DNA from: Octopus bimaculoides
Lineage: Eukaryota
Length of the DNA: 38,361 nt
NCBI RefSeq assembly: GCF_001194135.2
Contig: NC_068991.1
Location: forward strand, 29,859,688-29,898,048
Reading direction: 5' to 3'
Position 1 is the stretch's first letter, and every line of letters starts with the position of its first letter. The notes beneath the pieces are model-generated. The model was not told the origin of the DNA. It made no database searches and saw only the letters and a program-made list of their open reading frames with translations. Both the position numbers and the translations under genes were made by a program. Shown here in pieces: positions 1 to 13,082 of this stretch.

Positions 1-101
1 TATACATATATTTATATATATATAATACTGACATCTCATTTTAACAGATATATTAATATTTAGCAAAATTACATAGAAATATCTTGAAATACTAAAGAGT
101 A

Positions 102-806
102 AATTTATTCAATAAAATCAAAATTGGCTTCAACCACGGCCTCCAGGCGACTTCGGAATCTCCTGCAACTTTTCTAAGTTGGTGAATGCTGCCATAATCC
201 TTGCCTTCAGTTCATCTTTGGTGTTACAAGAAGTTTTGTTGGTCTCCCGCTCAACTGCACCCAACACATGATAATCAAAGGGGTTGCTGTGGGGAGTTAG
301 GTGGCTACATGTTAGGAGTGATGTGGTCGCAGAAATTTTCTGACAGTCATAACTGGGTTTTACCTGCTTGTGTGGCATGGTACATAATCCAGACATAGGG
401 TCTTCCAGCAGCCATCCTCTTGACCCAGGGCAGCACTATTGAGTCTGAGGCCGTGTGAGAAGATGAATAGAAGCATAACATCGCCATCACCAGTGATCAC
501 TCCAAACACCATGATGTTGACTGAATGTTCGATTTTTATCACTCTCGTTACATGTTTTGGAGAGACAGCAAGCTAACGGTTCTGTGGGTTCATTATCTGT
601 TCGTATTGGAGCTTCCGGCTGGGTGAGTGCGTTCGTGCGTGTGTGATGTTTCTTTGCGTGTGCAATATCTTTGTATAGAGTGTGTATGATCTAGCGCGAA
701 AGAGAGAGAGATATATATAGAGAAGGACAATAAAAAACAGAGCGCGCGCGCATGTGTGCTAGATAGCCTTAAAATATAATTTGCGTCGACTGTATTCATC
801 GCACTG
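102..806 (-). mobile_element. Tc1/mariner (maT/DD37D-like) non-autonomous relic, copy 1
   Basis: Frameshifted minus-strand peptides VNIMVFGVITGDGDVM..IF.HGLRLN, PCHTSR and PHSNPFDYHVLGAVERETNKTSCNTKDELKARI match the mariner-type catalytic domain and C-terminus. Aligns by eye with 15605-16304. Termini are degraded. Confidence 0.85.
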
Positions 807-1503
807 AAAAGATGGGGTAAACGCCCTACTGTTTGTAAGAATCTTATAGACTTCGAAGTTATGCATAGCTATGTAAGGTTTGAGTGATTAATGTCCTTGA
901 TTATTGGTTGGTGGAGAGGTACTGCTAAGCAAGTACTATAAATAGTGACAGTGACGTGTGTATATAGAAACCCTATTCTATATATATAATATATATATAC
1001 ATATACATACACTCACACATATATATATGTGTATATATGTGTGCTTATGTGTGTATACATATACATAAACACTTGTGTGCTTGTGTCTATATCTATATAT
1101 GTATGGATGGAAGGGTTCATGATTGAATGTATATACGTATGATACGAGTAATTTCATAAGAGGCTGACTTTCCCCGGGAAGGATACTAAACAATGCTGAC
1201 ACAACATCAAAATAAAGACCGCAAGAATGTTTAGACAGACATTCCTTGTAGCTTTATTGACGTTACAATTTCCTCTCACACAGACTTAATTAAAACTGAA
1301 CTTACTATCTTCGGAACATTAGTAATTTGTTTCTTAAGACCTGCCAACTTTACGATTTTAATTTGATCGAATAGATCAAGAAACGGTTCAGAAAGGAGAA
1401 TGTGAATTTCCTTGTAACATATTCACAATGATATTTATGTAACAAATATATTAATTTGACGTAGAAGAGACCAAGATGTAGTAAGTGTACTTGTGTGTAG
1501 AGG

Positions 1504-1506
1504 TGA

Positions 1507-1551
<45 letters not shown>

Positions 1552-1560
1552 TGAGTGAGT

Positions 1561-1591
<31 letters not shown>
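1504..1591. repeat. (GT)n/(GA)n compound microsatellite
   Basis: Directly visible. Confidence 0.95.
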
Positions 1592-2764
1592 GTCATTTGC
1601 TTACACGTATGCAGGTGTGTTTCCATAGTTCTCTTCATCCTTTTGTATATTTTGATGTCCATGTATGTTTTTTGCTGATATTGCATGAGGTGTTCAGATT
1701 TGGAAGAAAAATGCCTTAGTTTATTGTAGCCACCAAAGCTCATTATGCGTATCACTCTACCATTTTTATCCTTTATTGTTTGGTATTGTCTATTACTGTA
1801 GCATTTTATTTATTACTCTACTATAACATCTATCACTTTCCCATTTTATCCACCGCTCTGCTAAGGCTGTGACCGTGAACAGCAGCCGCAAAACTCTGAG
1901 TAGTAATAAATCTTCGCTTTTTCTTGTCCTCTCTCTCCATCATTCTCTCAGTTTTCTGGGTACAGGTGTATGTATATTAATGTATGTATAGACATTCATA
2001 TATGTTCTTGCATGTATATTTATGTGTGCACGTGTGTGTATGTGTTCGTGATGTGTGCACGTGTCTCTACGTATGTGGATGTGCATCTGTGTTAAACAAA
2101 TGCACTTTCTTGATGGATAGCTATGGCTGTATACTCACCACACTACTAACAGTATTTTTGTGATGCTCTTGTATTCGTGTATTGTACATGTGTTAATCTC
2201 AACTATAATGTTAATCTCACCCACAAAAATTGTTCATTTACCATAATCTTTATCATTACGATGTTGTCTTGAAAATGAATAGATCAATCATGAGTTGACA
2301 GGTGAGCCTGTTACAGCCATACGTTTTGCTAGGAGTAGGGACCAAATTTTCTTAAAATCACAATTTATTGCTTTAACGAAGTAAGTATACATGCAGTAAT
2401 ATCATTTATGATATACAGTAATCTGAAAGATGCGTAGATGAAATGCTTGGGAAGACTAATGTGGTCTAAAAAAGACTAATGGGGTCTAAGTAACATAAAC
2501 ATTGAGACATCACCTATCAGAAGACAAACAGACAGAGCGAGGGAAAGAACGTATGAGACAACGGAGAGGGAGAGACATATACATAGAAAAAGGGTGAGTG
2601 AGGGAGACAAACAGAGAGAAGGAGAATGGAAAAGACGGACAGGTCGATAGAGAGGAGGAGACAGAAATAGAGTACGTTTGATATTTAAAAGACGGGAGAA
2701 GACAAAATGTAGAAGTGTCATAAGAAGGGAAACCGCTATAATATTGATTTCAAAGTTTGGCATA

Positions 2765-2948
2765 TATAAATTTCGGAGTAGGGGATAAATTGATTACATC
2801 GACCCCAGGGTTCAAGTGGTGCTTATCTTATCGATCCCGAAAGGGATTAAAGGCAAAAGTGACTTCGGTGAAATTTGAACTCAGAACGTTAGGAAATGCC
2901 GTTAAGCTTTTCCCCGACGTGCTAACGATTTTGCCTCGAAAGCCGCTA
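2765..2948 (-). mobile_element. tRNA-derived SINE, family A
   Basis: Minus strand has a B-box-like GAGTTCAAAT followed by the core TTTGCCTTT.ATCC.TTCGGG.TCGATAA, shared with the copies at 6785, 27712, 27960 and 36987. Confidence 0.8.
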
Positions 2949-2964
2949 TAATATTGCTGATGTT

Positions 2965-2995
<31 letters not shown>

Positions 2996-3142
2996 CTGTA
3001 GTAGTTGCTGCTGTCATTGTTTTGATGTGTCGTTGATGTTGTTGATGTTGTTGATTATTAAAGGTTGCTTTTGATGTTGGTATGTGCCTGTTGCCTATGA
3101 TGCAGCTCCAGTTGTTACTTTTCTTATAATAGTTCTAATGTT

Positions 3143-3345
3143 ATTTAGTCCCAGGTCAAACATGATCGATCACAGCTATAGTGAAGAGTAGTCTATGTTC
3201 AAAAAGATTCCAGAGGTAACCACCCAGTCTTCATGATATATCTAGAACCAAATTTTTAAAAAATACTTTTCTTTTTCTAAATGCAATAGCGTGTGTCGGA
3301 AAGATAATTGGTTGTTACTTCGATCAGGTCAAGCGATCGTATACG
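3143..3345 (-). mobile_element. Retroposon 3' end, family C ((AAC)n-tailed)
   Basis: tgttatttagtcccaggtca...ctatgttcaaa..ttccag matches 24715-24785 and 25908-25975. It abuts the decayed (GTT)n tract at 2960-3140. A further partial unit lies at ~3440-3530. Confidence 0.6.
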
Positions 3346-4525
3346 CGTGGTTACTCGTGGTATATTTTTGCGCTGTATGGGCCTTGATCCATTCTCGTAA
3401 CCAGAATGGCTCTACAGTTTCATTACCCGGTGTCTTTGTATTTTTTTAAAACGGTAGTGCTTGATATGAAGGGGATTTATCTAGTGTTTCTAGCAGGTTG
3501 AGTTACCGCATACAATCTTGCTCATTGACTGGTGAGAATAAAGAACCTAATAAACTAATAATGGTGGTCGAGTTGATTAAATGAGTAGGAAGTAATGCGA
3601 TGAGGTATTTATGAAGAAATATTTCCATGGAATAAAAAATTGACATCTCAGAGGGTGGATATTTTTTGTGTTTTCTTTACCATTTTTAAAGAATTTGTTT
3701 TGTGTTGGTTGAGTCCTTGGTTAAGAAATTAGATATTGGGAAAATATTCCTTTAGAATAATAAATAACTCGTAGAGATTGTAAAAATGTAACAAAATAGA
3801 AGGCAAAATGGCGTTCTAGAAGATTCGTTTTTATGAGTTCTTTAATTGAGGAGAAACGCAGAGAATGTCTATAAAATGAGTAGTAGACAGATAGCAATGA
3901 AAGAGAGAGGGAAGAGGGAGAGACAGAGAGAGAAAGAAAGAGAGAGTTTATGACTGAAAGACAAGGAGAAAGAAGGAAGTAACAGCCTATAAATCTGTTT
4001 GTGTGAGTGTGTGTGTTTACACACACACACACATATATGCTTGGGGTATGTGTTTATAAGAAGTCTTTAAAAGCATTGGGTAGTATGATAGAGTAAGTAG
4101 ATTTTTTTTAAGCAGTCGCAACCAATATACTGCTCCAGAAATCTCTGTTCCCCATTAGGTTTGGCAGATTCTTAATTTTATGTTGTATGGCTCTGCTAAT
4201 AACATCAATGCATGGTATTCGTCCTCTATTAGGGTGCGGAAGTCTCCAAAATATTACATTTGATATGGCCTAGTGTATACCATGAAAGCAGCGGCTAGAC
4301 AAGACTAATCTCTATTGAACTACAGTACGGGAAAGTAGTAGAATAGGTCTATAAATCTACGCTGTGATATCTTTTTGAGCTCTGACAAGAAACCTGATGT
4401 ATGCATCATCTAGACTACGGATTCTGACACCACATAGAAAAATTCCCTCTACACATGCCCTTAGGAGAACAAGCTTGATTCTCCGTTTAAGTGGATTCAT
4501 TTATCTTACAGTCAGTGCTTGACTG

Positions 4526-4527
<2 letters not shown>

Positions 4528-4567
<40 letters not shown>

Positions 4568-5190
4568 TATATACCTATATATATGTATATATATGTATAT
4601 ATGTATGTATGTGTATATATACATTTGTGTGTATGTGTGTATACACACACATATATGTATATAAAAAAGTTTATATACACCCACCCATACAGACACACCC
4701 ATGCCCCTCACATATACATATGCATATATACATATGAATATATGTTATATATATATGGGTGTATGTGTATATATATTTGTGTGTGTGTGCGTGTGTGTGA
4801 GTGCGTGTGTGTGTGTTTGTGCGTGTTTTTATATTTATATCTATATACATGTTACACGTAACCACCCATTTATACACATGTGCATTTGTATGTTTGTTTG
4901 AGAAAATGTGTGTGCGTATGTGTATGAATGGTTACGTATGTGTAACATCCATGAAATTTTGGGTAGGGAGACAGATTTTTTTGTAATTTGATATTTAAAT
5001 TGGTTTATATCAGTCGTTAATAATGAACTACATTGCTTCGACTATTTAATTTATATATGTTGTATGTGTGTGCATATGTATGCGCGCGCGCGTATGTATA
5101 TACACAGCATATATGTCTATGTAACTATATATGTATATATATATATATATATGTATACGCATATATATGTACATTACATGTACGTATACA

Positions 5191-5249
<59 letters not shown>

Positions 5250-5355
5250 ATATATATATACATGCGCATATATATGTATATGTATATATGTACATATGTT
5301 TGTGCATATCTATCTATCTACCTATATGTATACAAACACACATGCATGTGTGCGT

Positions 5356-5398
<43 letters not shown>
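4528..5398. repeat. Two large (TA)n/(TG)n/(CA)n mosaic microsatellite tracts (4528-4830, 5040-5398)
   Basis: Directly visible. These are the source of the YIYI/VCVC pseudo-ORFs. Confidence 0.95.
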
Positions 5399-5401
<3 letters not shown>

Positions 5402-5614
5402 GAATTTGGCAGGTACTATTCATAAACTCCGCAACATGTACGGAAACACATTCTCATAGTGTTTGTCATATTGAATATATAAACGTGGTTTCATAAACAT
5501 AGAAATTCTTCCATCCAAATATTTGAATAAACCTTCATCATACACACACTCACAACATCAATTCATAAGCAGACATCTTTGATTTACACACACACACACG
5601 AACGCAAGCGTATA

Positions 5615-5649
<35 letters not shown>

Positions 5650-6784
5650 TTGTTTTACTTTTAGCGTACTTTTTTTGAAATGACATTCCATGAAATAGCA
5701 TCATATTCATTAGTTTCTCATCTTAATTAGAGGCCTTCAGTGAGGCATCATTATCACAGCAACTCTTATTCATATATTTTATTAAATTCTAAAGCCTTGT
5801 GTTGCAAAAGGATCTGTTATTGACGATCAATTTAATCATTTTGAAACACAGAAAATCTATTTACTCCTCATTTAGTTGTTAAGACATCTACATTGCCGTC
5901 GCACCTTTACGATGACCAAGCCACTAGCATCACTTCAGTGTATCATCTGTTGCAATATAGCTATTTTAGTAACTAGGCCACAGTAGGGTGATGGAAATTT
6001 TGCACGCCACAAGAAGTAAATAAGAAGTTAATATAAATGATGCATACGAATATGTATAATTACATCTATGCATGTGAACACAAATACATAAGTGTGTATG
6101 TGTATGTGTGAATTTACGATAAAATTTGTTTTTCTTTCGTTTAAAATATCGATGACATCAGAGCAAATTATTCCATTGCAGTTCGCATGCTTTTAGAATC
6201 GCTGACTATCACTTGCCCATTCCATTTGTTGGTTTTAGTTTCCCTCTGCCAACCTGACCGGGGTGAAACACATTGCATTCTATTATATTGTAAGCTGAGA
6301 GTTGTTAAACGTCAAGAAAGCTGAATGAACTTTTAAATACAAAATACAAACTAAACAGCTGAGATTCTGTTAGAGCAAGAAAGTAGAAGCGCTCGTGAGG
6401 ATGATTTAGAAAGCAAATCTTATAAAGTGGAACAAATTCAACATCTTCAAACGTGTCTTTCGGAAAAAAGTATATATACAAGGACACGTAATGTATTATG
6501 CATACACATTAAGCATGTGTGTCCGTGTTTATGTTTGTGTGCGTGTGTGTATCTACATAACTCACACACAGTGCTTCTTGCTCTTTTGTTTTAACTATCA
6601 GCGCCTAATCCCTTTCTTCTATTAACACTCTTTCAACGCCGATCCCTCAGCTACGTTTAAGCAAAGTTAAATCCATCATTAAAAAATTGCTGTGGTTAAG
6701 GTGATCATTTCTAGAATAGCGCTGGCTCATAAGTCATTGTGAGAATATAAAAATAGAGTGTAAAATATTTCAACCATTGAATAT

Positions 6785-6994
6785 AGGTTTCAAATCTTGG
6801 CACAAGGCCAGCAGTTTCGAGGGAGGGTGTAAGTCGATTACATCGACTGCAGTACACAACCGGTACTTAATTAATCGAGTCCGAAAGGATGAAAGGCAAA
6901 GTCGACCTCGGTGGAATTTGAACTCAGAACATAAAGACGAAATGCCGCCAAGCATTTTGTCCGGCATGGTAACGGCTCTGCCATCTCGCCGCCT
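6785..6994 (-). mobile_element. tRNA-derived SINE, family A (near full length)
   Basis: Minus strand reads GGCGGCGAGATGGCAGA...GTTCTGAGTTCAAATTCCACCGAGGTCGACTTTGCCTTTCATCCTTTCGGACTCGATTAATTAAGTACC...GCCTTGTGCCAAGATTTGAAACC. Confidence 0.85.
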
Positions 6995-7020
6995 TTCGAC
7001 CATCGAATATTAACAGATTA

Positions 7021-8857
7021 CACAGTATAACAATGAAAAAAAAAAAAAAAAAAAAGAAACGGGAATGAGAATAATTTTTTTATGGCTATTTTTTGTGTAG
7101 ATCACGAATATAAGATCCGTTTCTTTCTGTAACCCCCCCCCCGCTAGTTTCTCGTAAATTACCATCTTACGTTAAATCCATTGATGGTTCCATAGGAATT
7201 GAGTACAAACAGGATTGGGCCGAAACTGACAACTCTAAAAGTTATGAACAGATTTTGATATAATTGTAATGGGGTGTTTCTAACGTATTTGTCAACCTAA
7301 CCTATGAAAATTATAAAAGTACACTCAACATTTTTATAGTTATACGGGTCAAAATCTGTGGTAAATCTGACAAGAAATTACACCTCATCACCCAACCTGA
7401 ACTCAATGATCTAGTTTGTGATCTAATACTTACTAAGCAATCGAGTGAAGTCCTGGCCTCACGTCTGCAACCTTGGAACCTGTTGGATAAAGATGTTCGA
7501 ATTACAGTATTTAGGAAGCGATCTGCAGATCTACAGCAATTCTTCACTTTGGAAAACAACTCGATTTATTGTAATGATATCAGAGACCTATTCAATGCAC
7601 TTGGGCTGATCTATGGACCAAATGAGTGGAGGTTATGCATAGATGCATCCCTTTACAGCATAAAAGCGGTTCTGTTGCACATTGGGAACACCATGCCTTC
7701 AGTTCCACTTGCTCACTCAGTCATTTTAAGAGAGACATAAGTGAACCTCGCTTTTATTCTAGACCGTATACGTTACAAGGAGCACAAGCGGCTAATTTGT
7801 GAAGACTTGAAAGCAATAGCCCTACTTAATGGGCTACAAACTGGATACACCAAGTTTATGCGCTTCCTTTGCAAGTGGGACAGTAGGGCCAGATCAGAAC
7901 ATTATGTACGCTCAGAATGGCCACCTCGGGAAACTATGATGNNNNNNNNNNAGTAGGGCCAGATCAGAACATTATGTACGCTCAGAATGGCCACCTCGGG
8001 AAACTATGATGCCTGGATGACATAATGTAAATCACGAGCCATTAGCTAAGAAGAAAATCCTTTTGCCACCACTGCATATAAACTAGGCCTAATGAAGCAA
8101 TATACCAAAGCACTGCAACATAACAAGCCATATTTCCAGCACCTCAAGGCGATCTTCCTTAAAATAAGTGATGCCAAGGTTAAAGCGGGCATATTCGTAG
8201 GCCCTCGGATTCGTCAACTTACAGCTGATGAAGACTTCGAGGCGACAATGGATGAAACTGAGCTAGCGGCCTGGCTTGTATGCAAAAGACTTCTGGGAAT
8301 GCACCAAGTGGCCCAGCAAGAGAGTACAGTGGAGAGCTTAATCAATCGGATGCAATATATCACTGAAGATACATTTTCTGCATTCTCATCAGTCCTTCTT
8401 CCCAGAGAATGCAGAAGATGTGAGTGATGAACATGGAGAGAGGTTTCATCAAGGTATAGCGTCAATGAAAAACAAGTATAAAGGAAAATGGAGCCCAGCT
8501 ATGCTGGCTGACTTCTGCTGGAACCTAAAGCATGACACACCTGAGACGTCTTATAAACGAAAAAGTAAATACTAAAATGTAGATTAATACATTATATCAT
8601 GCTAACAAACATGCTGATTCATTATATACTTATGAATTAATTACAATGGACATATTTAATCTGACTTTGGGAGCAAAATAAATTTATGGTATCGTGGAAA
8701 TTGGTATAAATTGCAGAGTTATTAAGTACGTAATTTACAAGAAAATGTGACGTAATGGGAAATTTTTGTTATAAAATTCGAATTTAGCACAATCAACTTC
8801 AAATGAAATGTACATGAGAACTATGTTCTTTTCTTGATCATGAAATTTGTTGCACAG
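7021..8857 (+). mobile_element. Chapaev3-like (CMC) DNA transposon relic with disrupted transposase (~7369-8575)
   Basis: Peptides HLITQPELNDLV.DL.LTKQSSEVLASRLQPWNLL, EWRLCIDASLYSIKAVLLHIGN, ICEDLKAIALLNGLQTGYTKF..FLCKWDSRAR, ILLPPLHI.LGLMKQ, KAGIFVGPRIR and VSDEHGERFHQ..MLADFCW. Stops, frameshifts and no N-terminus. Degenerate termini CACAGTATAACAA (7021) and TTGTTGCACAG (8847-8857). Family name is from recalled motifs. Confidence 0.8.
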
Positions 8858-8919
8858 AAATTTTAACTATGATAATATTTTTTGAAAATTAGGACAATTA
8901 AATGAGGCATCTAACTGGC

Positions 8920-9011
8920 CCTTTTCTTGCAACCCCTTTTGTCACCAAGTACCCTTAAAAAATTTCCACCACATCTGAGTTGGGATGGAACCCCCACTTT
9001 GAAAAGTACTG
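8920..9011. mobile_element. Possible hAT-type MITE end fragment
   Basis: ggaaccccactttgaaaagtactg resembles a CAGTGxTTxTCAAA-type terminal inverted repeat. The partner end was not found. Confidence 0.3.
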
Positions 9012-9539
9012 CCCTAGTGACTTCTATTACAATACAAAACCTCACCAAGGTATGCATATCTGAAAGGTAACTATATGATTTTGTACATAGCAGAAGCATC
9101 ATCTTTCTCCCTCTCTCACTCTACCACTCTCTCTCTCTCTTTCTCCCTCTCTCTCACTAACTATCTATCGATCTAACTGTCTCTCTATTCGTCTCTGCTC
9201 ATGCTTCTCTTCTACTCTCCCACTCGTGATATCTGCAATTTTCTTATCACAAAAACATCGCAGGAGAATGTGTTTCTCGCGTCAATGTGATGAATGAGGG
9301 TTAGTTTTAGTTTGACAGCAACAATGCTAGAGATATTCCCTGCTGGTGACATTGCCTCCGATACCATCAGGACTCACTATTTTTACCTATGTTTATGCTT
9401 CACTGAGCATTCTGAACCAGGACAACAAGAATGCTTTTACATTCACTGTTGGTTCCTGTCTCTGGTAGTTAGATTGGTACAGCTCTGTACCTTATTTTCC
9501 TTTCTCTTTCTCTTCCTCTCATTCACTCTTTCTATCGCT

Positions 9540-9559
9540 CTCTGTCCTCTGCACACTCA

Positions 9560-9612
<53 letters not shown>

Positions 9613-9665
9613 TCACACACACGCACACACGCTCGCACGCACACACACACACACACACACACATT
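9540..9665. repeat. (CT)n/(CA)n microsatellite
   Basis: Directly visible. Confidence 0.95.
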
Positions 9666-10237
9666 CTCTTAGCTGATATAAATCATAACGCACCATGCAA
9701 ACACAAATTCCTGAAAACATTGTACGCTAATAGTTCTTATATGTGTGTGTGTGCGTGTATGCGCGTGGGTGTGCGTGTATGTGCGTGGGTGTGCGTGTGT
9801 GTGTATATATGTATATATACGTATATGTATACACGTACATATCAGACGTTTGCACTATGTTCGTGTGTGTTTCGTATAACATGTTTGTGTGTCTATGTGT
9901 AAATATGTGTATGAATGTGAATATATATATAATACTTCTACAAGGAAAAGGTTGACAGTGACTTCGAAGTTTAATAAGCATGTCCTGCAATGTATTGAGT
10001 AATCCTTTAGATTAATGTTAAATTGTTTTTACATATAACTGGACATAAAATCGCACGCGCGTACAGACACATGTACACATACAGATAAACACGTACACAT
10101 ACACACAACCTTGATAACTGACGAGGGCTCCCTTAACATGACACCAGCGATAGTCTTAACCCACAAATAATCTGTATTCACCAATGCAGTTTTGAGGACT
10201 CGTTCTCATTGTTCGATATTAACCTATATGTATGTGT

Positions 10238-10900
10238 TTAGTTTTAGTTTAAGAATTCTTGCCAATAGAGGGAGAGCCGGTTTCTAACGTAGATCCAAAT
10301 TTTTTTCATTGGAATTTCAACATCAAAAACAAGGTATTTTTGTTTGTATATATGTATACATGCAGATTTGTATGTTTTGTTTTATGTATTCCTATGCATA
10401 AAACTGCATATCTAGACATGCTCATATATATTTAAATGATAAACTTCTGGAAAGTTTTGCAGATATTTACAGTTGCAACGATGGATTGGATCTGTAGTCT
10501 TCGAATCAGCTTTCTCCTTTCAGGTTTTGAGAAGCCTGATTTCTCCAAGATTGGTATTTAGGCAGTGTATTTACATATTTCAGGGCTCCAATAATGAGAG
10601 GTAGAGTAACTACAGATTTCTCAATAGTTCAGCGTAGGTATTTTCTTTTTCACTGATCTTCAGCTTTATGTTAACATCTGCTGGGCTGCTAATTTCCACA
10701 ACTGTGCAGTTTCTCTTCTCTGTCCCAAAATATTATATCAGGTCTGTTGTGCTTACATTTTGTTGAGGTCTTCACTGGGATATTCCACCAGTACTCCTTT
10801 TTATTATGAGTGACTATTGCTTCTACCATACTGTGGGTTCTTATTTCTTTGTCCTAGAGGTTATCCTCCCCACGGATTTCATTATAGAACATCCTAGCTA
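10238..10900 (-). mobile_element. 3' fragment of an RLE-type (R4/Dong-like) LINE
   Basis: Minus-strand peptide EYWWNIPVKTSTKCKHNRPDII.WDREEK (RPD restriction-like endonuclease motif), frameshifted continuation with IIGAL, and a putative 3' UTR toward 10238. Confidence 0.75.
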
Positions 10901-10926
10901 GTATGTATGTCTGTCTGTCTGTCTGC

Positions 10927-10988
<62 letters not shown>

Positions 10989-11949
10989 ATATATATATNN
11001 NNNNNNNNNNNNNNNNNNNNNNNNNNNNNNNNNNNNNNNNNNNNNNNNNNNNNNNNNNNNNNNNNNNNNNNNNNNNNNNNNNNNNNNNNNNNNNNNNNNN
11101 NNNNNNNNNNNNNNNNNNNNNNNNNNNNNNNNNNNNNNNNNNNNNNNNNNNNNNNNNNNNNNNNNNNNNNNNNNNNNNNNNNNNNNNNNNNNNNNNNNNN
11201 NNNNNNNNNNNNNNNNNNNNNNNNNNNNNNNNNNNNNNNNNNNNNNNNNNNNNNNNNNNNNNNNNNNNNNNNNNNNNNNNNNNNNNNNNNNNNNNNNNNN
11301 NNNNNNNNNNNNNNNNNNNNNNNNNNNNNNNNNNNNNNNNNNNNNNNNNNNNNNNNNNNNNNNNNNNNNNNNNNNNNNNNNNNNNNNNNNNNNNNNNNNN
11401 NNNNNNNNNNNNNNNNNNNNNNNNNNNNNNNNNNNNNNNNNNNNNNNNNNNNNNNNNNNNNNNNNNNNNNNNNNNNNNNNNNNNNNNNNNNNNNNNNNNN
11501 NNNNNNNNNNNNNNNNNNNNNNNNNNNNNNNNNNNNNNNNNNNNNNNNNNNNNNNNNNNNNNNNNNNNNNNNNNNNNNNNNNNNNNNNNNNNNNNNNNNN
11601 NNNNNNNNNNNNNNNNNNNNNNNNNNNNNNNNNNNNNNNNNNNNNNNNNNNNNNNNNNNNNNNNNNNNNNNNNNNNNNNNNNNNNNNNNNNNNNNNNNNN
11701 NNNNNNNNNNNNATATATATATATGCATGTATGTATGTATGTATGTATGTATACATATATATATATACATGCACACACGTGTGTGTGTGTATACATGAAC
11801 ATACACACATCTAAATGCATACATACTATGAAGCTCATATTCATATACCAAAATGTGTTTGCGTATGCTCACAATGATAGTGCACAACACTAAGTGCATT
11901 CAAAGGAAATATTTGCGCACATGTGTATATGTATGTATACAAACATATG

Positions 11950-12000
<51 letters not shown>

Positions 12001-12170
12001 CACACACACACTCATATATACACATACATGTATATATGTATATATATGTATATATATTATATCTATATACATTTGTATATATATATATATACATATGTAC
12101 GAATGTATATATATATATGTGTGCGTATGTTTGTGTGTGTGCGTGAGTGTTTGTATGCGTGTATATAATT
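10901..12170. repeat. (CTAT)n, (TA)n and (CA)n microsatellites flanking gap 10999-11712
   Basis: Directly visible. Confidence 0.9.
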
Positions 12171-12465
12171 AGATGGCTTTACATGCCTTGCACATTTGTT
12201 AATAATTTTATAGATCTATTACAGTTGGTATTTCTTGGAAATGCAACCCGACGGAGGAGAAGGCTGAGAAGTTGAATTGCTCTTTCTGACTCTGTTCACT
12301 ATATTCTTTAAATTCTATTAGTTTTTTTTTGCTTTTTAATTTATGCCTAATGTCGAACCCGAGGTAGTGATACAGTGTTAGTGTATTCTACTAGCATCAC
12401 AATTGCATACATATACAAGAGACAGATATTTTCATACACACAATCGCTGATACATACACCTATGT

Positions 12466-12739
12466 GTGAGAACCCCTTCAGTAGCGAACGACCGTGAGAT
12501 TGCACCTAGAAAGTTCCGTTTCAAGGCACAAGTCCGAACAAAGTTGTCTGTTGAAGATCAGCAGTCGTCCATACATATCAGCCTCCCCTCTCCACGCCAC
12601 TGATGTCTAAGGGAAAGGCAAAGGCAAAGCGAAATAAAGTACCTTACTGAAGATCACAACACATACCCCGGTTAGGGAATCGAACTCACAAACGCATGAT
12701 TGCAAGCCCGACGCTCTAACCACTGAGTCATGTGCCTTC
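12466..12739 (-). mobile_element. tRNA-derived SINE, family D, with 10-bp target-site duplication
   Basis: Minus-strand head has A-box TGACTCAGTGGTTAG and B-box GAGTTCGATTCCC. Direct repeat ACACCTATGT at 12456-12465 and 12740-12749. Confidence 0.85.
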
Positions 12740-13082
12740 ACACCTATGTACACTTGCACAAACATAGACACGTAAACTTAAAGAAAAGACGTACTTCTTG
12801 GCGATGTATTTTGCTTACTGTTGGAGAGACCGGCAGGGATGGCCGTCGAGCAGACAGTTTCAAGTGAGTAGGACAAAGAAAGGCAGGCTGTTGATGACGT
12901 GGCAAAGGGCTGCGTGGGAAGACTTGACCGAACTGGCTGCCACTGGGTAGAAGGATGCTGTTTAGCTCAGATTGATAGAACTTGGAGAAGTTTCATCACC
13001 CTATGATCTTTGAGCGAAGGTAGGTAACGTAATATAGCAAAACAGATATATTGTTTTGAATTGATAACACTGATTTACAGAG

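Noticed and set aside
7882-8011. Exact 60-bp direct repeat inside the Chapaev transposase
   Set aside because: The two copies flank a 10-N gap, typical of an unmerged contig overlap rather than biology.
9294-9490. Non-repetitive start of the 202-aa ORF
   Set aside because: No recognisable domain or convincing splice signals. ORF length comes from the downstream (CA)n.
12670-12741. tRNA-like sequence with A and B boxes
   Set aside because: It is a SINE head continuing into a body bounded by a TSD, and I cannot fold a full cloverleaf.
12800-13025. GC-richer block with donor-like GTGAGT and GTAGGT sites
   Set aside because: The best AG-GT segment has stops in all three frames, and I recognise no homology.
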